Of a stretch of DNA of 64,000 nucleotides, positions 1-12,528 are shown in pieces. Where the stretch lies: IMG/VR virus record IMGVR_UViG_3300002220_000322, positions 1-64,000 of that record, one strand, 5' to 3'. The notes under the pieces are model-generated. The model was given only the letters and a program-made list of their open reading frames with translations, was not told the DNA's origin and ran no database searches. A program made the translations under genes and the position numbers. The stretch's first letter is position 1, and every line of letters starts with the position of its first letter. The DNA is from a virus. Its lineage: Duplodnaviria > Caudoviricetes.

Positions 1-1089
1 GAATATGCTTTAGTTGAATTGAATAAAAAAGAAGCCCCAAGTTTACTTCTTGAGGATTATAATTATTTTATCAATAAAGCTATAAATCAATATATAAATA
101 AGATATATAATGCCTATGATATTAATCAGCAAAAATCTGATGATCTTAGGGTATTAAAAGCTACGGCTATGCTTTCCCCAGCTAAAAGTGATGAATTTGC
201 TAATTCATACTTATATAGCAAGGCATATGAAGTAGATTTACCAGATGACTATTTACATATACTAAACTGTGTAGTAGAGTATAAAGTAAAGAAATACTAT
301 AAATGCTATAATGCAGAAGATAGAGTTCATTTTGGAGCAAAAAGGCTTACTGCCGATATGTTTTCCCAAATATTGAATAATTATTATTTAAGACCTACCT
401 ATAAATCTCCCTACTTTTATATAAACAATGTCACTATTGAAAATGATTATCCTACAAAAGATAATCAAAAAACAATAGTTGCAGAAAATTATATAATATC
501 ATTTACTAATGTAGATGAATTAATTTCGGGAGAAACTACTCTTACAATATCTACTCCTAATGGAGAATTGTCTTTTGTATATGGTACAGATTTTACTGAT
601 AATACTACATTAAAAGCTGCATTAGATTTAGAACTAGACGGCATAAATATAGATGGCGGAGTTATAATTCCGTCACTGGATAATAGTGGAATTAAACAAG
701 TAGTTGCAGTTGGAAGCAATGATCCAGATATGCAAGTTACAAAGGTACCAAGAGTAGAAAGAATTCAGGAAAATAGATATGGAAACAGATCTAAAGTAAG
801 AATGGAAATTAGGTATGGCAAAGATGATGCTGTATTTGAATTAAATAAAGTATATATAGATTACCTGAAGGCTCCTCAATTTATAAGATTATCTCAAGAA
901 GAGATTGATAAAGTGGAAGACTCTTCTCAGGTTTTAGAATTTCCAGATTATGTGTGTCAGGAGATTGTTAATGAATTAGTTAGACTATTAATGGAGAATG
1001 GAAGTGATCCTAGATTACAAACTCATATACCTATTAATCAGTCCATAGCTCAACCACAACAAGAACAACCACAACAACAAAAAAGATAA
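1..1089 (+). CDS. crAss-like ring/head-tail adaptor virion protein (5' end outside window)
   Basis: Frame is open from base 1 (EYALVELNKKEAPSLLLEDYNYFINKAINQY...). The C-terminal LEFPDYVCQEIVNELV resembles crAss ring proteins as I recall them. Ends TAA; first gene of the structural cluster. Confidence 0.6.
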   Translation, partial: EYALVELNKKEAPSLLLEDYNYFINKAINQYINKIYNAYDINQQKSDDLRVLKATAMLSPAKSDEFANSYLYSKAYEVDLPDDYLHILNCVVEYKVKKYYKCYNAEDRVHFGAKRLTADMFSQILNNYYLRPTYKSPYFYINNVTIENDYPTKDNQKTIVAENYIISFTNVDELISGETTLTISTPNGELSFVYGTDFTDNTTLKAALDLELDGINIDGGVIIPSLDNSGIKQVVAVGSNDPDMQVTKVPRVERIQENRYGNRSKVRMEIRYGKDDAVFELNKVYIDYLKAPQFIRLSQEEIDKVEDSSQVLEFPDYVCQEIVNELVRLLMENGSDPRLQTHIPINQSIAQPQQEQPQQQKR

Positions 1090-1118
1090 AATTTTTAAAA
1101 TAATAAATTTTTAGTGAA

Positions 1119-2252
1119 ATGTATCAATTTACAACGAGCACAATCATTAATTCTAATGTAGATTCTAACGGTAGTACCCCTAAGTATAGCGGAAACAGTT
1201 CTGCATTTAGAGTAACAAGGGTTAATACCTTTTTAAAAGATAAAATAGTCAGTGTTTATAAAAGGCCCTATGCGGCTGGAGTAAAAGAAGTAGCAACTGT
1301 AACAGTTCCTACATTAACAACTGGCGAAGTCGCAAGACTAGTAATAGATCTAAGGATGTCTCAGAATACTTTTTCTGACTTCGCAAATACATACTTGTAT
1401 TTTAAAAAACCAATAGTAGTTGAAGTGGTAGCTACAGGAACCGCAGCTACAGACGCTACTGCATTAGTAGCTCAGCTTAATGGCTTAAAAGATAGATTTG
1501 GTCATGGGTATGTAATAGCTACTGTGGTAGGAGCTGATATTACTCTAACTGCTACAGATGTTTATCAGAGATTCCACTCTGTAACTGTAGAAGAACTAGT
1601 ATTAGCAACTAATTCTATTGTACAATATAATTCCGTAGTTAAAGCTACAGGAAGTGTATCTGTTGCAGGAGCAATAGGTTTTGGAGACGATGACTGGATG
1701 ATGAGGATTGTTAAAGTTCCTACTTTAGATAACTTACGTCCTTTTGGAATTAACAGAGAAGAACTTCCTGTAATTGGTGGTAACTATACTCAGTACACTT
1801 TAAGATATGTAACAGATAAAGATCACAACGATGGGGTATGGTCAGGAGCAAATTCTGTTACTACTCATGTATTTTATGTAAAATCTGATCTAGTAGCTGG
1901 TTTTGAAGCAGCTCTTGCAAACACAGGTTTGGTAGTAGATACAGTCGGTGTAGCTGTTACAGGAGTAACAATAACTAGTGGAAACCTAGACTTATCTGAT
2001 TTCCCAAGCACTGGGTATCAAATTACTTATACTACTACACCTAGCGGTGTAACAGGAGCAGTATGGGAGGCTAATGCAGCTGGTAACGTAGATGCGGCTT
2101 TAGCTGACGCAGATTTTACAAAGGTAACAGTAACTCCTACTGGGCAGATACTATTAGCTTCAGGTCATGGTTTAGCAGCTTCTGACAAGATTGGAGTAAA
2201 AGTAACTATAGATGGATTTACCACTACAGCACAAATTACAGTTCAAGCTTAA
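1119..2252 (+). CDS. Auxiliary capsid/decoration protein with C-terminal Ig-like domain
   Basis: 377 aa, T/V/A/G-rich. C-terminal VAVTGVTIT...YQITYTTTPSG...VWE looks like a Big_2 Ig domain. Followed by its own terminator; all three Trp codons are TGG. Confidence 0.6.
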   Translation: MYQFTTSTIINSNVDSNGSTPKYSGNSSAFRVTRVNTFLKDKIVSVYKRPYAAGVKEVATVTVPTLTTGEVARLVIDLRMSQNTFSDFANTYLYFKKPIVVEVVATGTAATDATALVAQLNGLKDRFGHGYVIATVVGADITLTATDVYQRFHSVTVEELVLATNSIVQYNSVVKATGSVSVAGAIGFGDDDWMMRIVKVPTLDNLRPFGINREELPVIGGNYTQYTLRYVTDKDHNDGVWSGANSVTTHVFYVKSDLVAGFEAALANTGLVVDTVGVAVTGVTITSGNLDLSDFPSTGYQITYTTTPSGVTGAVWEANAAGNVDAALADADFTKVTVTPTGQILLASGHGLAASDKIGVKVTIDGFTTTAQITVQA

Positions 2253-2256
2253 TATT

Positions 2257-2290
2257 AAAGGCGGGCAGCTCTGCCTGCCTTTTTTTATTT
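2257..2290 (+). terminator. Rho-independent terminator
   Basis: AAAGGCGGGCAG-CT-CTGCCTGCCTTT stem followed by a T tract, immediately after the TAA at 2252. Confidence 0.85.
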
Positions 2291-2302
2291 TAAATATATA
2301 AT

Positions 2303-2968
2303 ATGGTTAGTAAACTCGCATATGCTATATATAATGATATAGTAAGTGGATTGGTAGGAATAACATCAAATCCAACAATATCTATAGAACAACTAGAAGA
2401 TGATGTAGTTGATGAAAGACTACAAATTATAAAGGAGTATTCCTTAAAAAATTTAATCCCAAAGAAAGATTTATTTATGTCTATAAATTGCATAGATATA
2501 GATTGTAAATCTTTAGATAAATGTGATTGTGGTACAGACCTAACTACCCCAGAGTTACACTTTCAAATTCCTCAACTAATAAATGACTTTGCAGAGGATG
2601 CCATAGAATATATTGGGTCTATAAATAGAGAAGTGGAATTTAAAGTATATACAGATAAAAGTTTTAGATATCATAAGTATAAAAGAAGGGGAAGTAATAA
2701 ACCATTTGTTTACATTGAGACTACACCAAACGAAAATAATATGTATGATGGATGGATATTTAATGCTCCTTTTACAAAAAAAATATCCATAATAGGAATT
2801 TTTAAAGACCCAAGACAATTATCACAGTACTCTTGTTGTTCAGGAGATGATCTAGAAAATTATACTTTTATCTCTACAGAAATTAAAAAAAGACTTACTG
2901 AGAAAAAAATTAGGTATTATAAACAATTATACCAAGGACCAACTCCTAATAATCAAGTGGCAAAATAA
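2303..2968 (+). CDS. crAss-like ring/tail protein
   Basis: 221 aa, TAATG-coupled to the next gene. Contains IIGIFKDP and Cys clusters; lies in the ring-protein cluster. Confidence 0.5.
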   Translation: MVSKLAYAIYNDIVSGLVGITSNPTISIEQLEDDVVDERLQIIKEYSLKNLIPKKDLFMSINCIDIDCKSLDKCDCGTDLTTPELHFQIPQLINDFAEDAIEYIGSINREVEFKVYTDKSFRYHKYKRRGSNKPFVYIETTPNENNMYDGWIFNAPFTKKISIIGIFKDPRQLSQYSCCSGDDLENYTFISTEIKKRLTEKKIRYYKQLYQGPTPNNQVAK

Positions 2969-3672
2969 TGAAGGAATATCCATTTTTTACAGCATATACA
3001 CAGGCTAATGATTTGTACGGTTTTAATAGTCCTGCTGACTATTTTGAAAACGTAGGAATAATAGCTTGGGGGAAAATAGGAAATCAAAGATATAGACTAT
3101 ATTCCTTTAAAACCAAACCAGATAAAAATCCCGATGGCAGCTATTACGTAGACTTACCATGTAATTGTGATGAAATAGAAGCAGTTACAGCTAGTTATGA
3201 GGATTATCAAAAAACAAGCCCATCTATTTTACAAGAAAATTTAGATAGTGCCTGAATAGAAAGTTATGTGGAATCTAGAAAATCCCACACTAATCATTTT
3301 TATCCATCTGGGAAATATATAAAGTATTTAAGAGAAGGAAATAGGATATATTTATCAGATAGATTTGACGAAGTTAATATTTTATATAAAGGCTTTTTAG
3401 TAGATGAAGAGGGTTTACCTTCCTTAACAGATAAAGAGGTAGATGCAATAGCAGTATTTTGCGTATATTCTAAAACTTTTAAAGATGCTTTGGTTACTAA
3501 AGATCAAGCAACTTTTCAACTAGCACAAGTATTAAAATTAGAATGGGAAAAGAAATGTACTCAGGCTAGAGTACCAGATTTTATAAATCAAAATGAAATG
3601 GATGAAATATTAAATGTTGCGGTTTCGTGAGATAGAAAACGATTTGGTAAATCATTTAAGCCCATTAGGTAA
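2968..3672 (+). CDS. Tail tubular/ring protein (TGA=Trp at 3253 and 3628)
   Basis: ORFs 2968..3255 and 3268..3630 share a frame and are broken only by TGA. Read-through ends SWDRKRFGKSFKPIR-TAA, whose last base overlaps the next ATG. Confidence 0.7.
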
Positions 3673-4703
3673 TGAGGGTGCTTTTTAATCATGGGATTAC
3701 AGCAGAAGAGTTATATACCAATATGCCTCCTACAGTTTTTCAAAAAAAATGATCTTGACTTATAAAAAATGGTTGTAGTAATATGACCTACCAAGAGGCA
3801 ATATCAGACCCATTTAAGTACGGTATTAGTATTATAATGAATAAGGTGATTGATGATAAGGTGAGATTTTTAATGCCCGTGATTGGAAGCACATATATTG
3901 ATTTTGAGGTGGTATTAGAAGAAGACTTTATGAGGCATAGAAGGTATGGAAGATTTCAAAATATAGATATAATAAATTCGGACTTTACTGGTTACTCTAT
4001 AAGATATTATTTTAGTAATAGAGCATACCAAAAATCCTTTCAGTTTTATTTAGGAGGAGAATTAAAGAGTAAATTTTTAGAAAAAATAAATTCAGGAGAG
4101 AAATTCTACTCCATTAAAAATATTACTATAAAAGATATAATTCCAGAACTTCATAAGAAATTTCCCAATTTTACTAAAAAGGAATTAAAAAACTTAATGG
4201 TATTTGGATTAAAACGAATGCATGCGGCCATTAGATATGGTTGTGGTATAACTATATCTACTAATAAATATAGTAATTGTTATTTTTTTATAGGGGCTTT
4301 ATATTCTGATCCAAAAAGACAAGTTAGAAATTATGTAGCAAAAAGGGATAAAAAACTTAGAATATTACATAAATGAAATGAGACAAAATGAGATAACTAC
4401 TATTATATAGGATTATCTCCAGGTGCTTTTGGGAAATGAGTAGAAAATAATAAAACTAGAAGAACTTTAGTAGAATTTAATAATGTAATATTAAGAAAAA
4501 TTCAAGAAGAGATATATTCTAGAGATAGAGAAGTTTATTTATTTAAAGTTAAAATGAAAAAACCTTTAGGATGAACTCATAGAGAAGAAACTCTAATATA
4601 TAGAAATCCTGAATATATAGGGAAAACAGTGGATTGAAAGTTTATTCCTTCCACATTAACATGAAAAGAATTAATAAAAGAATATGAGGCAGGAACAAGT
4701 TAA
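3672..4703 (+). CDS. Conserved crAss structural-module protein (possibly the IHF/HU-like gene), 343 aa, 8 TGA=Trp
   Basis: ATG overlaps the previous TAA. Frame is open to TAA 4701-4703 when 8 TGA are read through, and the end overlaps the next gene start. Product is inferred from position and basic composition. Confidence 0.6.
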
Positions 4704-7014
4704 CACTTTTGAAGGAGGTTTAGTATATGACTTAAATCCCCTTGTTACTCCTAACAATGTACTTACTGATGTTGTAAATGGTACATTCATTACATTTAAT
4801 GGAAATGAATTATCATTACAAAATGATGCTGGAAACATAGTTATAAATATAAAAGATTCAAATGATACTATTCCTACATATAATCCTACTTTATCGTATA
4901 CAGTAGGTAATAAAGTAGCTACAACAGATGGAAGAACTAACCAATTAAGATATTGATTATGTGTATCTAATACTAACATAGGAGAAGATCCAAAAAGTTA
5001 TCCTAATAAATGAGAAGAATATATAGTCAGGCTTTCACCAGGATTTTACCCATTAGCAGTAAAAGAATACGGCGGAGTATTATATATAATTTCTGGTAAG
5101 AATATACTAAAAATGTCTGAAATTTATCAATCGGATAAAATATATTCAAAAGGAGACATAGTGAGGCTAGGGTTAGATTATATAGGACAAGAAATACAAG
5201 GGCATTTTTATATGTCCCTTAAATATAATAATAATGAACCTATATCAAATACTGCATATTGGAAATATTTAGGAGATATAGAAGAAGCTAAAAAATATGA
5301 TGAAGTTGAATTTGGAAGTTATCCAAGTCCAAATAGAATATCTAATAATAATTCTAATACACAAGAAGAAAGTATAAGTTCTTCTCAAATCTCTAGTACA
5401 AAAATATTAAATGAAGCTACTTTAGGGCCTGGAGATTATTTAACCTTTGATAATACAACTTTAGATTTAGATTATATAACCAGGCCAGGAGAACATCCTC
5501 CAAGATTTTATATAGTTAAACTACAACAACAATTAAGTAGTGGATATAAAGATCTAACACAGGATATAAATGATGCCTTTATTAATTTTTCAGGAAATAA
5601 AAATGAGCATTGATTAAATTCCCCAGAATTTAAATTTTTTACTCCTCATCTATTTAGGGGTAAAATAGGAGTTTCATTAGAAATAACACCTCTTAAATCT
5701 TTTACTATTTCAAATAGCCCATTAAGTTATAATCCTACTACAAAAAAATACAGTACATCTATAATAGCAAGTGTGTATTATTGAGATAATGTATATGGGA
5801 TAAAAGTTTCAGGGTTTGAATTTACTGCCACGATAGAAGGAATATCTACACCTATAGTTATAGGATCGGTGTCTAATGTGGCAGGAGCAGGTTATGATAG
5901 ACACGTACTTCAAATATTTACCTTAAACGATATTGATTATATAAATACTGGGAAAATATTAAATATTATTGTAAAGCCTATATTTATGTATAATAATACT
6001 AATATAGCATGAAATGAATTGCCAATAGAATATAGTAATAATTATATAAGAGAAAGAAACATTTTAATATATGACAAAGCTTCTTCAGGAGGAATTTCTA
6101 TAAGCAAAGCATTACAACTATTTCCTCAACTAAATGCGTGTGATTTATCTAATCCTGGGTATAGGAAATATACTATATTGCCTTTAGTTAATTCTTATGG
6201 AGATCTTGTAGATATGAATTTATCTACAACTTCTACTCCTTATGTACTGACATTATGAGGAGAATCTGCTCCTATTAATACATTATCAGTTGGGACCTAT
6301 TATTTAAGTGGTAATAGTATATCTAATATATTATGATCTTCAGATTATAGCAGTCCTCAGTATGACGCTGTAAAATCAATATTAGAAGCAGAGATATTAA
6401 ATACTCAAGTAATAATAGAAGACTTATCTTGTGAATTAATACCATTTACTTTAAAAATACATGGGGCTAATGATAATACTAGAATAGTTATTACTCAGCA
6501 AGGAATGAGTTATGTAGATTTATTTGGTTCTGAAAATACATTCTTAGTTAGAAAAGGTATATCTTTTGGTATATATGTAATACCAGAAGAGCATTATTAT
6601 GAAACTATAGAAGATACCAGAGTAATAAATGAGGCTACAACTTCTAATTATACATTAATAGCTAATTTGACTCTACATACCTTTGACGATTTTAGAATTT
6701 TAGGATGATTACACTCTCCACCAACGTGGAGCCCAATAGCGGCAGAAGTAACCTATAAAGACATATCTCTGGTGGGCAACTATGGAAGCCAGATGGTAAC
6801 AATTACTAAGGTATTGGAAACAAATAGCACATATTATCCCTCTGCAATTATATTAATGGATGGTTTTGAATCGGTTAAATTTTACTCAGAGGTATATAGC
6901 TATAGATTAGTAGGAATACCGCAAACTAGTCAAATGATATTTTATAATACTCCCAATCCTTTAGACTTTACTATGTTATCTGGATCGGTCTTTAGAATCA
7001 CTAAAAACTTTTAA
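4684..7014 (+). CDS. Muzzle/tail-stabiliser N-terminal part with variable and CBM-like insertions, 776 aa (8 TGA=Trp)
   Basis: Five ORF-track pieces in one frame joined by TGA only. Starts NTFEGGLVYDLNPLVTPNNVLT...NGNELSLQNDAGN and contains PGFYPLAVKEYGGVLYIIS and EFGSYPSP, which I recognise from crAss tail-stabiliser N-termini. Confidence 0.65.
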
Positions 7015-7016
7015 TT

Positions 7017-10000
7017 ATGGCACTTCCAGGAAATTTAAACAACTCTCCTATAATAACTACTACTATACATGGGTTCCCTACTGGGGGAACTCTTGTATAT
7101 AAGTATGCTCCTTTTCAAAATTTAAAGAATAACTTTCCAGGACAAGGAGAATCTGGATTGTCAGATTTAACTTTAAAAGCTGAGGAGGCAGGAATTTCAG
7201 TAGATAAACCAATAATTCTACAAATAGAGGAGGCTTATGATGGATCAGCCAATCTAATTATTAGTGATAGAGAAAATCCTTTAAAACTAGTTAATTCAAG
7301 ATTTTATCTAACTGATTCCTCTAATTATAAAATAGCCGATAGAAAAGGTAACTTAGATACTAATATTTATACAAGAGATAATTTTAAGACAGAGGCTGGA
7401 TTAATAAAAACTACTAAATCTATAGTAACCTTAGATTTTTTAGGGGTATTAGAAGGAGGAAGATTACCTGTTGGTAATTATAACTTTTATTTTAGGTTAG
7501 CTGACTTTGATGGAAATGAAACAGACTTTATATCAGAATCTGGTCAAGTAGTATGTTATATAGGGGCAGTAAATAAACCTTCTTCTATAAGAGGAGGATT
7601 ATTAGACGAAAATAGTGAAAAAATGGTTAAGTTTAGATTAAATGATCTAGATTTAGCCTATGATTATATAAATGTTTACTACACTAGAAATACTGGAGAA
7701 GATCTTATAGACACTACCCATGTATATAAAGTAAACAATAAATTTAAAATTACAGGAACCTCTACTACTGTATCCATAACAGGATATGAAGAAGTAGAAA
7801 CTTTATCTTTACAAGAATTAAATTTAAGATATGCTCTTTTTGACAAAGTACAAACAGTAACTAGCTGTCAAAATATGGTATTTGCTGGAAATATAGATAA
7901 TAATTACGAATTGTTTTCTAAATTAGAAAAGTACAGTCTATTTATAACTCCTAAAATTTCTTTAGAATCTAATATAGGAAATATAGACAGTAATTATTCA
8001 GATAACTCTATAAATAGTAATGAATACTATAATCCAGACAATATATATTATAGACTATCATACTGAGATGAGGAAATATATAGGTTTGGTATAGTATATA
8101 TAATGAATGATTTTAGTTTGTCTCCTGTGTTTAATATAAGAGGTAAAAAGAATATACATACTCAAAGTATCTTTAATCCTTTAGACATAACTCAAGAAAT
8201 AAGCTATGATGAAAATTATAATATCTTATATAATGACCAGAAAACAGATGAAAATGTAAAGGGAGTATTTAGAATAGATCTAGGACCGGAAAATATATTT
8301 AGTAATACCGATGAAATAAAAAGTATAGGTATAAAGTTAGAATTTGACCCCTCTTTATTTTCTCCCGCAGCACAATTAGAAAAAATTACTAGAGGATTTT
8401 TTATAGTAAGACAGAAGAGAATACCTACAATTTTAGCCCAAGGATTATCTATAGGCACTACTAAGAAAGGGTATATCCCTACTATAAAAGGAACTAATGG
8501 ATATTTATTAGAAAGCTTTCTACAAGCTGAATCTAGAGGTAATAAAACTATACCAAGACTAAGGAGAAGTATTTATACTATATCAGATTCTGAAGTAAAT
8601 AAAAATGCCTTAATATGTCCGGAGGCTTCTATAAGAAATGAAATTTTTGGTTCTATATTCAATTCTTCTACTTTCTCTCTACAAAAATCTAAATATCAAC
8701 TAACTGATAAGAATTTTTATGGAGCATCAGGAGTAGAGTTTAATAAAAGATTCTTTAATGTAAATATGTCTTATAGGAGTAGACCTGCTGAAGAATTGCC
8801 TAAAAATTCAGAATTATTACTTATATCTCCTGAAACTAGTATAATAAATAATAAACAAGCTTATTTTAGTTCAGTTGCAGGTAATGCACATGAGGCATGA
8901 AAACATACAGATCCTATACATGGAAATGTAGATGAAATTATTGAGGCTACATTGGTAGACAATAAAACTTTATCTACAGATACTAGAAAAACAAGGGGAA
9001 TATTTAATAGTTATATAGGACTTAGCAATGAAGTAGAAGATTTACATTATTATAATATATACAATAAAGATTATAGTATAAATAAAATAGACGATTACTT
9101 CAAGATTAGATATAATGATTCTTCTCCATTTTACCCAGTTTCAGATAGAGTAGGATGGAATAATCTTATAGGAATAAATAGTCATACTGTATATAGAGGA
9201 GACTGTTACATATCCACCTATACCCACAGAGTTATGTGGAATTTTGCTGATCCAGAGTTTCCAACAAATAATAAAATAGTAGACCCATATACTTGGTATA
9301 AAAACTATAAAGTAAAGGAGACTACTATAAAAATAAGTGGAGGGTCTTTAACAGATACAGATATAGTAGTGGAGGATAATAGTAACTTCTTACAAAATAA
9401 TACTGCTGATAAAATATCATATCGAAAAGTATTAAATACATTTACCTATAAAATAGGGGAATTAGTTAATGATATTGATAATGGGATAGATTTAAATAAA
9501 GCTACAATACTGACTCCGGAAGATAAAAAATTTAAAAAATATTCAGATTCTAATGGAGAATTTGGCACCAGTAAATTAAATAGAGCAGATATAAATGCAG
9601 TAGGGTTAGGACACTGAGTAACTTTTAAGATATGCAGTAATATAAACCTGGCGTTACGAGACCAAGACTTTAATAATCCATCAGAAGAAGCAATATATAA
9701 AAGAAAAAGAAGCTTTTATCCTTATAGTTCAGAGGACCTAAATAATAATTTACCCGAATCTACTGTAATAAATAAAGGTATAAGTAATACATTAGGTAAT
9801 AGGCAGTATTTTGAAATACCAGATGTTCCTTTCATAAAAACTAGTTTTACCAATAGGATATACTATTCTAATTTGCTTATAGATTCTATATTTAAAGATG
9901 GAAGTAGAGTATTTGAGTCTCAAAACTATCAAGATTATACATTAGAATACGGCCAATTAGTTAAATTAGTAGAATGGTATGGTTCATTAATAGCTGTAAT

Positions 10001-11351
10001 GGAACATGGGGTATTAATGATACCTGTAAATGAAAGGGCTATATTAGCAAACCAATCTGGTGAGGACGTCTCTATAAATACAGAAAAAGTTTTACCTAAA
10101 AATCCCAAAGTACTTTCTAATACTTTTGGATCAACTTGATCAGATTCTATAATAAAAACTCCAAGGTTTATTTATGGGATTGATACAATAGCTAAAAAGA
10201 TCTGAAGAACCAATGGAGAATCTTTGGAAATAATATCTGATATGAAAATACAGAAATTTTTAAATGATAATATACTATTAAAAGTTACTGATAAAGAAGA
10301 AGATATTATTAGACATTTTGTAAAAAGTCATTATAATGCATTTAAGTATGATGTAATTTTTGTATTCAAATATGGACTTAAAGAATGAGTTTTATCTTGA
10401 AATGAGCTGGCTGATAAATGAGTAACCCGTTATACATGATTTCCTGAATTTTCTGAAAATATAAATAATATTTTTTATACCTTTGCAAATAAAGATAAAC
10501 ACCCCACACATTACGGCAAATTATTTAAACATGGATGGGCCGGAACTCTAGAAGAACAAAATTACATAAAATCAACGTTCTGATATGAACAACAACATCC
10601 ATTTGAATTTGAATTTGTAGTAAATGGCACACAGGGAGTTCAAAAAATCTTTAACAACTTAAAGATTATATCTAATAAAGCAGAGCCACATTCTTTTACC
10701 TACGAAGTAGTAGGGGAAGGATATGATTGATTTAAATATAAAGAAGTTATATCCTGAATGGAGAACCACGGTGATTTTAATACAGGATTTGGTACAGAAG
10801 ATTTAGATTTTATGTATACTGAGGATGGATATTATTCTATTTCAGAGGGAACTACTTCATATGAAGATGCCTATAAATTTTTACTTACTCATAACATGAA
10901 AGAAATAGAGGCTATATATCCAGACTTTCCTAGACCTCCAAATGCAGGAGATTTAGATTATTTTATGAAATTGCCTTATATACCTAAAGTAAAAACTCCT
11001 TCCCCAATAGATACTATAGATTGAAATACATTAAAATATGATACTGTTTTAATCAATGATCTATGAAATGGAGAGGATAGGGTATTATCTCATCAACTTG
11101 GTAGAAATATGAATAATGCAAGTTTTAGGAGACTAAAAGGAAATATGCATTATGTAGAAGATTCTTGAGATATACAGATTCAACCCGTTAGGTTTAGGTA
11201 TGCTTTTATGAAAGGGGATAAATTAAGGTTTTCTTCCTTTGTTGAAATGAAAGTAAGAGATAAATATGTAAAAATAAGAGTTTCTTATACAGGCAAGAAA
11301 CTTGTTATTATAAACGCAATAAGAACATTATTAACTATAAGCCATGCTTAA
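7017..11351 (+). CDS. Muzzle/tail-stabilisation protein main part, 1444 aa (about 15 TGA=Trp)
   Basis: Single frame to TAA 11349-11351. TGA falls at Trp-type positions: LSY(W)DEEIYRFGIVY, LGH(W)VTFK, GST(W)SDS, KKI(W)RTNG. C-terminal RDKYVKIR motif. Confidence 0.75.
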
Positions 11352-12528
11352 TGATAATCTACAAAAGTTAGAAATGATTAATATCTTTAATAGATATAAA
11401 TTAGATACAAGAACATTACAACCTATGACTCCTAAGTCAGGCAGTTTACCATGAGGAGATAAACTTAGAAAATCGTTAAATTTATCTGCATATAATTTAG
11501 GTAATATAGCAAAAAGTGATTATGGTAAATATATAGGGCAAGGTGTAGGAACATTATCTACTATTATTCCCTCTCAATCTGAGGATCCTACTACTAATTT
11601 AGTAAATGAAGGATTAGGAACTGTGTCAGATATAGCAATGTCTATTCCGGGAGGACAAACTGTAGGATTAGCAATGAAGGCATCTGGATTAATAGGTAAG
11701 GGAGTAAATGCTATAACAGGTGGAGCATTAACTATGGACAATTCTACTAGCGGTATAGACAAAGTATTATCTTCAGATTATTTAAATTGAACTCCTATTG
11801 GGTTATTTAATAAAGCTACTTCTTCTAAAGTAGAGGGTACTGATCAAGACTTAGCTAATTTAGCGGGAAGCTATGGTAGCTCTGAAAATATAGACGACTA
11901 TGAAAGAGGAGGTCTAGCTAAAGGATTTGATAAATTATTTAATTTATTTAGAAAAAAGAAAAAACCTACTAAAGTAGAACAACAAAAACAAAAGGTAGAA
12001 GGAGCTCAATCTAGAAATGTAATGAAGGCAATGACTGCACAGCAAGCTAATAAGGATATGTTGGCAGGAATTAATACTACCAGTAATGTGGTTCAGAAAA
12101 ATATACAGCAATTATCAGGAGGATTTAGTCCGGAAGCTTTAAGAGTATTATCTGCTAAAAGAGGAGATATATTAACTATAAAAAATGCTAAAAGGAAGGC
12201 TATTACTAAATTTAAAGAAGGAGGTCCATTTAATGTAATAGTAGATGGAGCTTTACATGCCAGAAAGCATAATTTAGATATAGAGGATATAACAAGTAAA
12301 GGAGTACCAGTCATATCTTACGAAGAAGGAGGAGAGGTAGTACAACACGCTGAGGTAGAAAGGGAAGAAATTATATTTAATAAAGAATTAACTTCTAAAA
12401 TAGAGGATCTTTATAATAAATATAAGGACACAAATAACGACGATATTCTTATAGAGGCTGGAAAATTACTTACCTTTGAATTACTTGAAAATACTGTAGA
12501 TAATGCTTTAGTAATTGATAAAGTATAA
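11344..12528 (+). CDS. Virion cargo/ejection protein (2 TGA=Trp; alternative start 11374)
   Basis: Open frame with a G/A-rich hydrophobic N-half and C-terminal NVIVDGALHARKH...KGVPVIS...QHAEVEREEIIF. No Cys. Confidence 0.6.

Noticed and set aside
1050-1086. CAA-rich run encoding QPQQEQPQQQ
   Set aside because: Short low-complexity protein tail, not a structured repeat.
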